From positions 1,216,001 to 1,280,000 of the forward strand of contig CBDFJF010000002.1 in NCBI GenBank assembly GCA_965248265.1: 64,000 bases of DNA, given 5' to 3'. A program made the translations under genes and the position numbers. Below, one piece after another: positions 62,701 to 64,000 of this stretch. The notes beneath the pieces are model-generated. The model was not told the origin of the DNA, did no database searches, and saw only the letters and a list, made by a program, of their open reading frames with translations. Each line of letters begins with the position of its first letter. Position 1 is the first letter of the stretch. Origin of the DNA: Candidatus Latescibacterota bacterium (GTDB lineage: Bacteria; Latescibacterota; UBA2968; UBA8231).

Positions 62701-63844
62701 GTGAAAGTCACCGCCGTCGAAACCCACATTGCAGCGACCTGGACATTCGTCAAAGTAGTGACCGACGAGGGGCTCTACGGAGTCGGCGAGGTCCACCCCG
62801 CCAGCGGCACCGGCGGCACGCCGTTCACCGCCAGGGCCGCAATCGAATACTGCGCCGAATACCTGGTCGGCAAAGACCCGCTGGCCATCGAGAAGCACTG
62901 GCAGCATATGTTTCGCCGCTGCCTTTTCCGCGGCGGCTCCGATCTAATGGCCGCCATCGGCGGCATCGATACGGCGCTGTGGGATCTCGCCGGCAAAGCG
63001 GCCAATTTGCCCGTGCACCGACTCCTCGGGGGACCGACGAGGGACCAGGTGCGCGTCTATGTCCACCTCGGCGGCGATTCACCCGAGCACATGGCCGAAA
63101 ACGCCGAGAAAACTGCTCGCCGAGGGCTACACCGCCCTGCGCTTCTACCCATTGGGCTCGTTTCACGCCGACTTTCCGAGCTACCAGGCGCTGGTGCGCA
63201 CCGCGGTCCGCTATACCGCAGCGGTGCGCGAAGCCGCAGGCCCCGATACTGACCTCATGATCGACGTCATCAACCGGCTCACCCCGCCCGAGGCCAACGC
63301 CATCGGCCGCGCCCTCGAACCCTTCGGTCTGTTCTTTTTTGAGGACCCGATCGAGCCGGACAATATCGACGCCATGGCGCACGTGGCGGCCGAAGTGCCG
63401 ATGCCGGTCGCGTCCGGAGAGCGCCTCTATACGATCTACCAGTTCCGGGAGCTGTTCAACAAGAACGCTTCCGCCTACGCTCGGCCGGATCTGAGCCTTG
63501 CGGGCGGCATAACCAACATCAAAAAGATCGCGGCCCTGGCCGAGGCCAGCTATGTCGGCGTCGTACCGCACAACCCGCTCAGCCCGATCATGACCGCGGC
63601 CTGCGTCCAGCTCGACGCCGCGACCCACAATATCGCCATTCAGGAATACTCGGCGACCGAGTGCGACGCGCCCAAGAGCGATATCGTCGATCAGCTGCTG
63701 GCGATCAAGGACGGCCACCTGCAATTGCCGGACCGACCCGGCATCGGCATAGACCTCAATCTCGAAGCGTTCCCGCACTACCCACCGCAGCCCTGGACCA
63801 GAGCAGCAATCTCCAATAGCGACGGTGCGCTGCGGGAGTATTAG
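62701..63844 (+). CDS. DgoD-like enolase-superfamily enzyme with a single frameshift at ~63110 (possible sequencing error)
   Basis: GTG start, GVGE, GIDTALWDLAGK, FFEDP, SGER, PHNPLSP. Removing one A from GAGAAAACTG restores AEKLLAEGYTA. Confidence 0.85.
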
Positions 63845-63868
63845 CTGGCCGGATATGCCTATTGAGAG

Positions 63869-64000
63869 ATGAAAAAAGAAAATCTGATTTCCTTTGGGCT
63901 CGACGCCGCCGATCTGGAAGAGCGCGGCCAGTTTAGCGATTTGCGCTACGACGGCGAGGGCGCTATTGGCCTCGACGATAGAGTGCTGGTGGAGGACGCT
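63869..64000 (+). CDS. Hypothetical protein, N-terminus (runs off the window)
   Basis: MKKENLISFGLDAADLEERGQFSDLRYDGEG... is open to the window end and co-oriented with the upstream gene. Confidence 0.55.
   Translation, partial: MKKENLISFGLDAADLEERGQFSDLRYDGEGAIGLDDRVLVEDA

Noticed and set aside
1-64000. Integron cassette array as the explanation for the mosaic
   Set aside because: No tyrosine recombinase, no recurring attC-like palindromes after genes, and genes lie in both orientations.

Overview
This is a 64-kb accessory region with no housekeeping, rRNA, tRNA or CRISPR features and no recognisable transcription regulator. Its gene content suggests a Latescibacterota/Poribacteria-like heterotroph (inference only). 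It opens with three large secreted proteins carrying an FlgD-Ig/T9SS-type C-terminal tail: two aryl-sulfate sulfotransferase-like proteins (one a 2000-aa cohesin/dockerin-bearing mosaic) and an M6 metalloprotease. The rest is mostly catabolic: five enolase-superfamily, four PhyH-like, three aldo/keto reductase, two beta-propeller glycosidase-like and two DUF6785/6784 membrane protein genes, plus GH31, LarA-like, MsrP and others. Two AT-richer islands and a frameshifted IS91/ISCR-like rolling-circle transposase are also present. Two patterns stand out. (1) Six related IS91-like 3' (oriIS-type) ends occur, five without a transposase body. Four of them carry an outward TTGACT -35 box, and five sit upstream of and co-oriented with an intact or near-intact gene, suggesting retained portable promoters. 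(2) Many spacers between intact genes are patchworks of 25-200 bp fragments of other genes, often paralogues of genes in this window, and some junctions show microhomology. A candidate three-way-junction leader RNA precedes the 32.6-38.9 kb operon. Several single-base frameshifts may be sequencing errors.
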